A stretch of 63,235 nt of DNA, filler included, from Globobulimina sp. (GCA_003354225.1; 57 parts of 57 records of this genome joined end to end with filler, not necessarily neighbours in it); one strand, 5' to 3'. Shown: positions 1-12,132, counted from the first letter of the whole stretch. The notes: generated from the sequence alone by a model not told the origin. A program made the numbers and translations.

Positions 1-16
1 TTTTCTGAGGTCAGTT

Positions 17-565
17 TTGAATGTTGATACCACTCAAAATGACACAAACAAGAAAAGAAATGCATTGCTAACAGAGAAACGATTACAAGACGCGTTTAAA
101 AATATGGATGTGGATAAATCAGGGGTTATAAATAAAGATGAGTTTATTCAATGTGCGGAAGTGTTGGGACTGCAAAATAATAAAAGTGCAATCTTGCAAA
201 CCTTTGATATGATGGATAAGGATAAAAGTGGCTATGTTGATTACGACGAGTTTCGGAGGATTGTGATTGGACCAAATAAATGTAAACGAATTAGTGTTTC
301 TGCACTTTATCGCATATTTGATAAGTTGGATACCGACAACAATGGTTTTCTGTCGTATAATGAGTTTGCCAAAGCCTGTAAATTTATTGGCTTTGCTCAA
401 AATGAAAATGTTAAACAATATTTCATAAGCATTGATACGGATAATTCGGCATCACTGAGTTTTGAAGAATTTGTAGTTGCAATATTAGGCACAAAACCAA
501 CCAAACAAGAAATGAAATATGCGGAAAAGCAATCAAGTTTGCAACAAAATATGCAAAAGGTATAG
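17..565 (+). CDS. Calmodulin-like protein with four EF hands (possibly 5' partial)
   Basis: EF loops DVDKSGVINKDEF, DKDKSGYVDYDEF, DTDNNGFLSYNEF, DTDNSASLSFEEF. Confidence 0.92.
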   Translation: MNVDTTQNDTNKKRNALLTEKRLQDAFKNMDVDKSGVINKDEFIQCAEVLGLQNNKSAILQTFDMMDKDKSGYVDYDEFRRIVIGPNKCKRISVSALYRIFDKLDTDNNGFLSYNEFAKACKFIGFAQNENVKQYFISIDTDNSASLSFEEFVVAILGTKPTKQEMKYAEKQSSLQQNMQKV

Positions 566-1012
566 AATACAATTGACAAATTTTTAAAAGCAGCCAAAGA
601 TGGATACAAATAATGTGAAATTAAATTTGCTAAATTATTATGAACATCGTAGTCTTTACTTTTTCCACTGGCTCGCAGTGGCAATGCAGTCTGCAGTGTG
701 AATAAATTCAACACAACATTACCATTGGCTTTTTATACCATAACAATTTCTTTTACCCATAAATGTACGATATTAATGCAGATTGTATAGAAATACTTTG
801 TTTGTCCATATTTCTAATTGGTAGTTATTTTGGGTTTTTTCCTTACGAATCAAAAATATCGCACACACTCAGAACCATTTTTGTGTTTTATTTCTCAAAT
901 GGTTTGCGATAGTATGCCACAAAACTCTGGAATTCCCAGCTGAGATAAACAGTCCATTTATGTTGTTGTCTCCGTTACAAAATTCCTACATAGCACTGCA
1001 GACACAACTATT

Positions 1013-1112
1013 NNNNNNNNNNNNNNNNNNNNNNNNNNNNNNNNNNNNNNNNNNNNTTAATTAATTAANNNNNNNNNNNNNNNNNNNNNNNNNNNNNNNN
1101 NNNNNNNNNNNN
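1013..1112. other. Artificial contig-joining linker (N44-TTAATTAATTAA-N44), repeated about every 1.11 kb through the window
   Basis: Identical spacer with stops in all six frames between contigs of 1010-1012 bp that decrease in length along the window. Confidence 0.99.
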
Positions 1113-1485
1113 AAATATAAACAAAAAATTGAAGAAATGCAAAATCAATTAAAGGGATATCTTGTAAAATATAAAAAATTACAACAACAGAATGAAAAAT
1201 TGATGATTGAAAATGAGCAATTAAGAAAATATCAACACGAAAATATTTTGTTAAAAAAACAACTGTCTCAGCTGCGTTTGCTGCCGTTGTGATTAACAAA
1301 TTCAACAAAATGCAATGGTAAATAGTAATGACTACAGTTAACTTTTTTGGCAAGGTTTTTGAGTGTGTTTTTCAATTCCAAATGCAAGGAAAAAAGCATC
1401 TGAAATATATTTCGTATACACTGTACAAACATGAACTTGTTTATTGCAAAAATAAATGTGTACATAAAATTATAAGTTACATATA

Positions 1486-2124
1486 TTAATCCAGCACCAT
1501 TCCTTGACATATCATACCATCTGCAACTTTCATAAAGCCAGCTGCATTTGCCCCCAATTGCAAATCCCCTTTACATCCTAAATCATGCGCTACTCTGCTT
1601 ATTTCATCATATATATGTTGCATTATTCCAAATAATTTCCCATCCACTTCTTTTCTGCTCCATTCCACTCGTTGTGAATTCTGCGCCATTTCCAATCCAC
1701 TCACTGCCACACCACCTGCATTCGCTGCCTTTGCTGGGATAAAAAACCTACACTTTTTTTTAAATATCTCTATAGCCTCCGGCGTGGATGGCATATTTGC
1801 GCCCTCAGCAACATATAAACACCCATTCCTCACCAAAGCAGCCGCAGCTTCTCCATCAATCTCATTCTGTGTCGCTGATGGCAATGCCATGTCACATACA
1901 ACATATTTCCATGGTTGTTCCCGTTCAAAAAATTGAGCATTTTTGTTTTTACCTTTGATCGACTCATAAAATTCACGCAAACGCCCTCGTTTATTCTCCT
2001 TAATATCTCGCAATGCATTGAACTCCTCCATGCTATATCCATTTTGTATAATGCACGCACCGCCAGAATCTGAGAAGGAGACCACAGAGCCACCCATTTC
2101 CAACACTTTTTCCGCAGCAAAAAT
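1486..2124 (-). CDS. gdhA: NADP-type glutamate dehydrogenase, C-terminal part (5' truncated)
   Basis: Motifs ALPSATQNEID, YVAEGANMPSTPEA, PAKAANAGGVAVSGLEMAQNS, GANAAGFMKVADGM. Confidence 0.95.
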   Translation of the reverse strand: MFAAEKVLEMGGSVVSFSDSGGACIIQNGYSMEEFNALRDIKENKRGRLREFYESIKGKNKNAQFFEREQPWKYVVCDMALPSATQNEIDGEAAAALVRNGCLYVAEGANMPSTPEAIEIFKKKCRFFIPAKAANAGGVAVSGLEMAQNSQRVEWSRKEVDGKLFGIMQHIYDEISRVAHDLGCKGDLQLGANAAGFMKVADGMICQGMVLD

Positions 2125-2508
2125 NNNNNNNNNNNNNNNNNNNNNNNNNNNNNNNNNNNNNNNNNNNNTTAATTAATTAANNNNNNNNNNNNNNNNNNNN
2201 NNNNNNNNNNNNNNNNNNNNNNNNGTAAGCATATGTTAATCATGTATAAGAAACATCCAATAAACATCCATACTAATATATGAGTTGATGCATCAGGGAA
2301 ATTCCATACAATGTCTGTCATTGTTTTTACAATGTTTTCAGGAGTATCTTAGGTAGTTTTATAACAATAATTAAAGTCGCAAACGATGCTAAGCGCGGAT
2401 TTCCGCAGTTGTTCTTGATTCGTCACTGCCATAATTATTACGTTTTGTTTAAACGCTAGATTTAGTTCAACCTCACTCAGTGATTACAAGTGCACTTATA
2501 TTAAAACT

Positions 2509-3236
2509 TCAAGACCGCCCAATCATAGTCGCAGAGTTACCAGAAAAGGTAAGAGACGCACCACAATTTTGAATATTATTTGTAACTCTCCAACTTGGCG
2601 TTTCAACCTGATTTTGTAAATCAGTCAACTTCATATTCCTAAAATAAAATGGTTCCTTATTAAACGCATTGCAATCCTTATAATTATAAAATTCGCCAGT
2701 CACACACGCCCAATTAAAGACACGTAAATCAGATTCTATATTTAATACCGATGCGTCGCCATTGTATGACTCATAAACATACGCAACACGTCCAGTTGAA
2801 TACGTATACGCATCTACCTATATTAATTGTGTTTTTTCAGCAGTTTAGAATTGTTATATAATTTATACAGTGGCTGTGTCCATATATACCTGTACACCTT
2901 TCGATAATTGCACCCCTTTTCCATACCAGGTTTCGCCGCTAGGGCAGCAATTCCATGATGCCATGGTCCAACCTTAGTGTCAGTGGCAAACAAATATTGA
3001 GGAATGTATATAGGCAAAAGGCAGCACACTCAAATAGCGCCTACCTCGGCCATAGGAATATCCACAGCCATTTGGACACCATGCGACTACGGGTTGGATA
3101 ATGGTTAAATTATTCTGTCCATTATCTTGCATTCCAATAAAATAATATAATATTTGACCTTCATTTGCTGGCTCTTCATTGGGTACAACATAGACGGCTG
3201 AAAAATTACCCATTGACGTTTTTGTAGTATATCCAC
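2509..3236 (-). CDS. Spliced gene for a G1 (glutamic/eqolisin-like) peptidase-type protein; introns 2973-3044 and 2818-2889; 5' partial
   Basis: Removing two 72-nt GT-AG introns gives a continuous frame ...YYFIGMQD..IIQPVVAW..GRG/WTMASWNCCPSGETWYG..VQ/VDAY..FNWACVTGEFY..IGRS*; splicing is seen directly, the family call is inference. Confidence 0.7.
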
Positions 3237-3475
3237 NNNNNNNNNNNNNNNNNNNNNNNNNNNNNNNNNNNNNNNNNNNNTTAATTAATTAANNNNNNNN
3301 NNNNNNNNNNNNNNNNNNNNNNNNNNNNNNNNNNNNCAATTTCGATAATTAATGAAATATCAGAATAATATTCAAACCGAATTAAAACGTGTGAAACATA
3401 TAATTGTGTGATAATTTTAATCGATTTGTTAGTGTTCAATGGTTGATACACTGCTTCGATTGTATTATTTATGGG

Positions 3476-3613
3476 TACTTTAGAATAGGACGTGTTTAGA
3501 ACACTTTTCTTTTGAAATTGTATACTTTATCCTAGCACTGTATGTAAATCTTCTCCATAGGATTTTAAATTGTTTAAACACGCGGTATGCTAAGCACGTC
3601 CTATTCTAGAGTA
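3476..3613. mobile_element. Small MITE-like element with ~29-bp terminal inverted repeats beginning and ending in TA
   Basis: Left TACTTTAGAATAGGACGTGTTTAGAACAC vs reverse complement of right end TACTCTAGAATAGGACGTGCTTAGCATAC (4 mismatches). Confidence 0.6.
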
Positions 3614-4448
3614 TTTTAAACTGTGTTTCACCATCTCTGCCAATATCAGGATCCATACATAAATTAAAGCAAACTGTATTTTAAACTGTGTGATTTGAGT
3701 AGGATCCCTACATAAAAGCAGTGCTCTAGCAATTGAGCTTCGAATTCGTCACATTTATGCAGCAAATCACAAACACAGAAATTAGATTATCTTGAAATTC
3801 GACAGGCGACTGTGTTCTGATAGAGTCATCGTTTTATTCTAGTCCTCGTTCAAATGTTTTTCGAAGTAAGAAGTTTATAAACTTTTGTAAGGAAAAATGA
3901 ACCATGCATATGCTGTGAGGAAAAGACGGTCACAATTATTAGTAAGTGAATACGTTAGAAAATAAATATTATTTATGGGGATATAATGTATGAAGAAATC
4001 ATTGAAATGTATCCTGGATGGAATGAAACACGAATAATAATTTGTAAAATGTAAATGAAGATGAAAAAAAATAAGTATATAATACAACGAACCCAAATCA
4101 GGGGAAAGCTTTTTAACTTGTGTCAATTAAGGTTACTTTCCTTGCATATTGGTTTGGAATCGACGTCTGATTCGAACAAGCAACCAAATTAAACGTTAGA
4201 TTACAATCTATTGAAGAAAACAATGTTAAATATATCAAAATATGCTAAGTACTGTAATTCGGATATTACAAACAAACGTTGGCAAAAACCAAAGAAAACC
4301 AAAAAAAATAAAAAAAAAGAATTTACATTTACATTTACATCTCCTCCTNNNNNNNNNNNNNNNNNNNNNNNNNNNNNNNNNNNNNNNNNNNNTTAATTAA
4401 TTAANNNNNNNNNNNNNNNNNNNNNNNNNNNNNNNNNNNNNNNNNNNN

Positions 4449-5388
4449 TGGTCGGCGACCGCGGAGTATTTGGTGTTTTTGGTGTATTTGTCACAGCGGA
4501 ATGTGGGAATTTTTGCGGAGCGTTGAAGCCAACCAAAGATGCCGCAAATTCCGGACTTTGTATATCTTCATTCGCCGCATATTTGGCATGGATCTCATCG
4601 CTAATCACAGCGATATCGAGTGTTTCTAACTTATTTTGAGTGCCAAACACATTATACTCATTTTTCCATTTGGTCAATGACCGATTACTGACATTATTCG
4701 CTGCTTCAACCACGGCTGTGTTGTTCACAAATATTAAACTATGGATTCGCAGATTTAAATTAAAGTTATACACTATGCTCCAATGCAAATTGCTGAACGC
4801 TGCGAAATATTTCATTTGTAGCTTTTTTAGTGTTGAATGCTCCTTCGGTTTGTCACAGGGTTTGCTTTGAAATCTGATCTGCTTCAAATGGGCCAATGCG
4901 TGCTCTGTGTCCACGTCATAGCTATTCACATATTCTAACACCACATTCAAATGATTTTTCATTTGACGAATGGTCAAATCACTCAAAGTTATATCACTCA
5001 TAAACTTGAATAAGTATGCAATTGGTTTCAATGAGATGCCGTACTTAACTTTGTTTTTATGTGTACTGCCAAACAAAGCATCCAATAACTTTGCTGGCAA
5101 CAGCTTATAATCTCTGATTGCAATGGATGCGGTGTTCATATTATTGCAGAAATCGTTAAATAACTTCTTGCCATAATTTGAAATATATTCTGTCTCTTTT
5201 TCGTCGTCTTTGCTGTCAGCGATATCTGTATTTGTCACTAGTAACTGATTAATGTGCTGTTGGTTTTTAATCACAGCGACCAAACCATCAATCATTGCGT
5301 CTTCGTCTTCATCCCAATTTACGTGTTGATTTTGTACCATATTTTGAAACTTATGCAACATTGACAATTCTTTCAAATGCGACTTCAT
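4449..5388 (-). CDS. Hypothetical protein, partial
   Basis: Open frame of >300 codons in AT-rich DNA; no recognised motif. Confidence 0.6.
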
Positions 5389-5735
5389 GTTTCTTGCTTC
5401 AATGATATCATAAATGGCAAAACCAACGTTTATTTTGGCAGTAACTTAAAAAAAAGTTCANNNNNNNNNNNNNNNNNNNNNNNNNNNNNNNNNNNNNNNN
5501 NNNNTTAATTAATTAANNNNNNNNNNNNNNNNNNNNNNNNNNNNNNNNNNNNNNNNNNNNCATAACTATCAAATTTTTCATTTTATATTTTTCTCTTTTT
5601 TCTTTTTTATAACGTACCAATACATCGTTTCGAAATCCGTAATAACCGATTCACACCAACTTGTTGAATAGTTAAAATGTCTAAACTTTTGAACAGTTTT
5701 TCCAGTCCACTCCAAAGTCAAACAAGCTCTCTACA

Positions 5736-6572
5736 ATGACCGAAACAGACAACGTAGCAACTTACGCTCGTATCCGCCCATACAATCCAGCCATCAATGA
5801 AGACAAACATTTAACCGCACGTTGTGTAGATAGCACAGCGATATTAAATATGCACAAAGATAACGAAGATCGATACAATTTCACGCGCGCTTATGACATG
5901 GACATGAGTACCATGGATCTATTCACCACCGGCATGAAACCCTTATTAGATTACAAAATCTTGGAAGGCATAAATTCCATATTTATCGTCTACGGCCAAT
6001 CCGGCAGTGGCAAATCGTTCACTTTGATTGGCGAGCACGGCCATTTAGGTTTATTCCCATTGGCATTGCAATACTTATTAAAACAAGAAAAGGTGCAGTC
6101 AGTCCACATCGCCTCCATCGAAGCGTATGGCGTGAAAGCCACTAAAATCGGTTTTTACGATTTAGTGTCACAATTAAAACTGAAACAAGCTGCCCCCAAG
6201 AAATTCGATGCGTACTCATCGAAGGATAATTCGCGCGTAAATTCCGGCAATGCGCAACGTATTGAAATCACAGAAACGAACTGCTTAGACATTATTACAC
6301 AACTTCAAGAGGTCTCGCATATGGCGCCGACTCTGAAAAACCCGCATTCTTCGCGTGGACACACCGTCTATTTTGCTTGTGTGAAGATGACCGGTTTGGA
6401 GGATGTCTATTTCATCGCTGTGGATTTGGCCGGAAGCGAAGGCCAAACTGCGTTGGGCTCGAAGGACGAGTTTGTAAATGGCTTAAAATTGGCAATGACG
6501 AAAGGAAAATTGAAGTTGAATAAAAAACAAATGAAAGGGTTTGATCAAATGTACAAAACGAGATCGTTGGCA
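5736..6572 (+). CDS. Divergent kinesin motor domain (N-terminal motor, 3' truncated)
   Basis: ARIRP, P-loop YGQSGSGKSFT, switch I NPHSSRGH, switch II DLAGSE. Confidence 0.95.
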
Positions 6573-6672
6573 NNNNNNNNNNNNNNNNNNNNNNNNNNNN
6601 NNNNNNNNNNNNNNNNTTAATTAATTAANNNNNNNNNNNNNNNNNNNNNNNNNNNNNNNNNNNNNNNNNNNN

Positions 6673-7636
6673 TTTAAGTTTTCTAGGTCAAAATTTCGAA
6701 AATTAAACCTTGCTTCTTTATATGAACTTAGGCTATCCTCAGTAACTATTCCAACAGTTACATATTTTGGTCTTTGTCCTCTGCTAATAACAATAGGATT
6801 TATTGTCAGTTGATTCATTTGATGCGGTACTGAAGCAAAACATAGTTTTTCAGATTACAAACTAATTATTTTAATGCAACAAACTTTTCTTGGTCACATG
6901 ATGCAGAAAATTATAAGAGCGGGAAGCAATGCGAGAGTTTTTTGGAATGATTTGACCAACTGTTAGATAACAGTCTTGAATATGAATGACATATTTACTG
7001 TTTTCAGCAGTACTGATTAGGCATTCCTCTGGCGAAGCAGGATAGAGGGTGAAAGTTAGAGAAACTCTATCCAATATGGGCTTATCAACTTGTAAAGTGT
7101 CTACTAGAAGTTTCCCACTCAAATGAACTGTTTTACTATCTCTTGCCGCTCTGTTGCGTGAATAAGCACCTAGGTAAATAATTTTTCTGTTTTCCGAAAA
7201 TGCAAAATTTAGGTCAAAAATTATTACCAGGATTTATTGATTTAATGGCAGGATTTATTAATTCCATAGCGCCAGGCCGATCCTCCATATAGAGGGCAGC
7301 AGACAAAATATTTTCTCGATCTGCCTTACTAGTGCTCAACATTAGTGCGATGTAAGTTTTGTAAGCATAATATCCATAACTTGTTTCTTCTACTGTGTGG
7401 TTAAATGATACATTTATTTCCTAAAGTTTATAATTAACTACTATTTCCGTGCTTTCAACACATTTAATTAACAAATTTACTTTGAATATAGTATAAAGCG
7501 GAAGTTGTTCCAATGCAACTGGTTCAGCATCTGAGATATTCTCAAGCGTTCCGTCTTCTTTCAGTTTAAAAAGCTTTATTTCCAAATTTATATATATTTC
7601 TTGTGGGTCAATATAGATATTTGGAGCACCAGAAAC
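6673..7636 (-). CDS. Polinton/Maverick (adintovirus-type) major capsid protein, spliced: exons 7636-7481, 7420-7228, 7169-6885, 6829-6673; partial at both ends
   Basis: Three GT-AG introns (60, 58, 55 nt) restore one frame: VSGAPNIYIDPQEIYINLEIKLFKLKEDGT..LYTIFK/EINVSFN..YYAYKTYIALMLS..LYMEDRPGAM..NP/GAYSR..DSKTVHLSGKLLVD..DKPILDRVSLTFTL..YVIHIQDCYLTV..KK/IPH..RGQRPKYVTVGIV..RFNFRNFDL; motif order follows the Maverick MCP pattern as recalled. Confidence 0.8.
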
Positions 7637-8646
7637 CTAAATAGATACGTTTTAGTTCCAAAACTATCAAATTTCTTAAAAATANNNNNNNNNNNNNNNN
7701 NNNNNNNNNNNNNNNNNNNNNNNNNNNNTTAATTAATTAANNNNNNNNNNNNNNNNNNNNNNNNNNNNNNNNNNNNNNNNNNNNTGTTTAAAGGTCATAC
7801 AGTATTGTTTATGGATTTATAAATGCCACTCATTAATAAAAGGCAAAACAAACACGCACAGTGTATGTATGACCCCTCAGCTCCTAGTCATTCATCAGTC
7901 AAGGTATCAACATAAGTTTTCAAAGCTTGTTTTTATAGTTTTTAGATTTTCCTCCATTTACATGCAAAAGCAATAAAGAACTGAATAAAATGGTGGTCTA
8001 AAGCCTCATAACTTTAGTAAGGTTGCACAAAACTCGATTAACTTTACATAATTGGTCCCTTTCGTTATCCTTCTCGTTATTGGTCCCGAACACCACCTTA
8101 AATATACTGTACTTTAACGTAAATTGCCCAAATTAAATGTTTGTCCAATCTGGTCTCGCAAGGAATGAATCTCAGAATCGAAAGATTTACGCGGCGATTC
8201 AAAATCGTGATAATATGCAGTTGAGAATAAATGTTATTTATTCGAGAACCATACCGTAACATGACATGGTATTTTATCCTTCTAAATTGCCCTGTATCAG
8301 GCATCATAACAATAACAACAAACTCGACACATACCTCGCCATCGCTGAAAGGTAACCTTCTTCTTGTTCTTTTGGACCCTCACTTCCTCTTTCTTCAATA
8401 TGCCTTTTGGAAAAGTTTTCATTGTTGTTGATTTTGCTTGGTTCTGAAAAACATCACATAATATCACGGGAAAATCCAGATGGAGACCAGGCAGACCAGG
8501 CACAATTATTTGTCAAAAACCGACTTTTGGCCCTTTTTTTCAGTTTTTTCAAAAATAAATGGTCAAAATCGGCTATTTTGCCCGTTTTTGCCCGTTTTTG
8601 GACCTTTTTTTTCGTTTTTTCAAAAATAAACGGCAAAAGTTGGTTT

Positions 8647-8796
8647 TTTCGTGCCGGTTCGTGCCGGTTCGTACCGGTTCGTACCGGTTCGTGCCGGTTC
8701 GTGCCGGTTCGTGCCGAAGAATTAGGGTCTAAACTAGAAAAATAGGCTAATTCTTTTCGATTATTTACAAGTTCGTGCCGGTTCGTGCCGGTTCGT
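8647..8796. repeat. 10-bp tandem repeat GTGCCGGTTC/GTACCGGTTC in two blocks
   Basis: About 6.5 copies at 8647-8716 and more at 8771-8796 running into the contig end. Confidence 0.9.
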
Positions 8797-9432
8797 NNNN
8801 NNNNNNNNNNNNNNNNNNNNNNNNNNNNNNNNNNNNNNNNTTAATTAATTAANNNNNNNNNNNNNNNNNNNNNNNNNNNNNNNNNNNNNNNNNNNNAGAA
8901 TTCAATTTTGACTTTCAATGTTTTTATTTTGAATAATCTGTAAAAAACTGTAAATTCAAAGAGTTTACAGTAAAAACAGTAATTTCAAACTGAAAAGCAA
9001 AAAGTTAAATGTTACGTTTAACATTTTATTATTAACCTATTTTCCTTCCGCCAAATGCCCAATTTTGCATCTCTGGCGATCTTCTCAAAGACATTGAAGG
9101 TGGCAGGCACGCTCGACCTATTCAGAGAGGCCCAACCATACTCATATGTCCATCCAAATTCAGATTGCGTTGGCCTTGCTCCTTTTTGTTGCCACGGTTA
9201 AACCTACGATTGGGCGCTTGCGTGCTGCCCGTACTCGTGATCTCTAATTCGATGTCGCGTTGCAAGATGGTGTTTCGTTAAAATAAGATTGTTTCCATCA
9301 TGTACCATCAATTCTGGACGTGTACCAACTGCAATCAGGTTCTGAAACAAAAGGGATCGGAGACATGATTTTGCAAAAAAAGTCACACTGTGACCGTTAC
9401 ATTTAATGTCTCCTTAACAGTCCATTGGCGAC

Positions 9433-9586
9433 AATGAGAAAGCAAAGCCGTCATATATTAAGGCGGCGAGAAAGAGAAAAGCAATGCCGTCATATATTAA
9501 GGCGGCTAGAATGAGAAAGGAAGCCGTCATATATTACGGCAGCGAGAATGAGGAAAGCAAAGCCGTCATATATTAAGGCTGCGAGA
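9433..9586. repeat. 37-39-bp tandem repeat, 4 copies, core GCCGTCATATATTA(A/C)GGC
   Basis: Cores start at 9447, 9486, 9523, 9562. Confidence 0.9.
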
Positions 9587-10148
9587 TGAATTATGTGGTT
9601 CTTTTGATGATGGCTTAAGGCATCGCCATCATCACCACAACAACAAACAACCCAAAATTTGAAAAAATGGGAAAAAATGAAGAAAAAGATGGTGGTATTG
9701 GATCACCACAAACTGAATGAAAAAAGGAAAAAATTGAGAAAAAATTAATGAAGGAAAAGATTGGTGGTGATAAGCCACCGCGGATTGAATAGAAAAATTG
9801 TAAAAAGAAATTTGGGAAAAATGGATTTATGGTCTTGGCTGACCACGAAATGAATAGAAAAATTGAAAAAAGAAAAAAGAAAAAAAAATGAATATAATAT
9901 ATTATGTTNNNNNNNNNNNNNNNNNNNNNNNNNNNNNNNNNNNNNNNNNNNNTTAATTAATTAANNNNNNNNNNNNNNNNNNNNNNNNNNNNNNNNNNNN
10001 NNNNNNNNAGATTCAGTTTAGCAGCATAACGCAATTCGTAATCCAACTCAGCACCGTCATCCACTGCTTTTTAATCTCCTTATTTTAGCAACAAACAAAC
10101 AAACAGTTAATAAAAAGCAAAATGAACAGGTTTATTTTAATATAATAA

Positions 10149-10686
10149 CAATTTTGCTGAAACGGAACATAGATAATAAGATCAAAGAGAATATAAAATA
10201 ATAAATTCATTTGGAGTAATATTAGTTGATTAAAAATGGTCGATTATGGAATTTTAATTGATTGTTTTGTAGTTTGTTTGTCATTTTTTTGTTTGTGTTT
10301 TGTTATTATTTTAGTTTCGTTATGTCATAGTATTTAAACATTTGTGGTTTGTGGTGTGCCTTGTGATGCCTAGTAATTGTGGCAGATCATAAACGTGTTT
10401 TTGAAGTTGCGGACTTGATGAAGTTGCTCACAGAAACTAACAACATACTTTTATATTCAGCGTCAAATTCTGAGTCAAAAATAGTTCACAAACAACAATA
10501 AATAATACTCCATAATGTAACTAAAATAATAACAAAACACAAACAAAAAAATGACAAACAAACTACAAAACAATCAATTAAAATTCCATAATCTACCATT
10601 TTTAATCAACTAATATTACTCCAAATGAATTTATTATTTTATATTCTCTTTGATCTTATTATCTATGTTCCGTTTCAGCAAAATTG
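10149..10686. mobile_element. Foldback/MITE-like element with ~170-bp inverted arms (10149-10324 / 10511-10686)
   Basis: Near-perfect reverse-complement match with a few mismatches, mostly at the inner ends. Confidence 0.7.
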
Positions 10687-11225
10687 AGTGAGATTCGCAA
10701 AGATTCTCAACTCCAAATATCTTCAATTTAAAATACATAAATTATAAAATTCGTTGCTGTATACAATAATTTTAATTATATACATCAATTAATAATGGTA
10801 TAAATATATGGAAACACTGCTAAAATGAGTCCAACAATATGGCCAACAATGAATCCAATTGTACTGCCATGATAAAAACTATTAAATATAATGAAAGCAA
10901 TAATATTAATTATAAATATAATAAAAGCAGTGATATTAAATATGGATAACAAATAATGATATTTTCTTGTTTGAAATTGCAGGAAATTGGCAGTTGCAAT
11001 TGATTTGGTTCAAAGTGTGCNNNNNNNNNNNNNNNNNNNNNNNNNNNNNNNNNNNNNNNNNNNNTTAATTAATTAANNNNNNNNNNNNNNNNNNNNNNNN
11101 NNNNNNNNNNNNNNNNNNNNCACGATGAGGAGGATAATCCCAATGATGATCGCAATAACAATAAAAATAAAGATGTCTATGATGAGAATACAATTTATAT
11201 CCAATTAACAAAAGGGAGATTTGCA

Positions 11226-12132
11226 TTGGATGAACATGGAGAAAATGGGGATTTTTTTTTGAAAGTTGATATGAATGTATATCCAAATAAATATTATCAA
11301 ATTACGATTAAAGATGGAAAAGAAATTAAATCAAAACCAGTGAAAAGAGTGACAAAAGAAAATTCGATAAATATGGTGATATTAAAAGATTCGAATTCTG
11401 TGAGTGATAATATTTTATCATCGCTAAAACAGGCAAATATTGATATGTTAAGCACAGTGATCGAAAATAAACATGATTCCACCTCGTCGTATATTATTAT
11501 GAAAAATTTATACAAACAAAATTTATTAACTGATTTGTTATTAACTGCAATGAATTTAAAGTTACGCCATGGATATGATCAAGTTTTAGTGGCAATATCT
11601 CGATTTTTTCGCAAAAAAAGCATTAATTCATCCTATAATCAGAAGGGAAAGCGGATAAATTTTACCTTTGATTATTTTGAAATTGAGGATAATTTGAACA
11701 AGATCGAGGTGTTAGGTATTGATGTTATAAATATTATATTGCAAATTAACAATATGAACACAGACGAGATAAATGATCAAGAAATAACGCTATGGATGAA
11801 AATACCAAATGAAAATAAAAGAATGTTAAACGATTGGAATAATGTTTTAATTTGCACTCAAAAAATTGATAAATCGGATTTAAATAAAGCCATAAAATTT
11901 AATTGTCACTTACAAGAACATTATGCGTTGGGCTATTTTAACCCATCTTTGTTAAATAAAAACGCATCCAATAAAAAGATTGAATTTTATATTGAAATGG
12001 CGGCAGATATTGGACTCCATCAAGTGATCCAATCAAAGTTAAAGGTTATAATAAATCAAACCATTTCAGAGTCGAAATTTGAAAAAGTGCATAAAAAATA
12101 TACAAAAGAACACTCCATTCCAAAGTGGCAAT
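11226..12132 (+). CDS. Hypothetical protein, partial
   Basis: ~300-codon open frame; no recognised motif. Confidence 0.55.

Noticed and set aside
1013-1112. Regularly spaced TTAATTAATTAA palindromes as a biological repeat or CRISPR-like array
   Set aside because: Always embedded in fixed N-runs; it is a contig concatenation linker. ORF tails ending XXXX-LIN are artefacts.
5677-5739. 20-codon upstream ORF whose stop overlaps the kinesin ATG (ATGA)
   Set aside because: Easily arises by chance; no evidence that it is transcribed or translated
9433-9586. CRISPR array
   Set aside because: The intervening sequences are short and nearly identical, so they are not spacers
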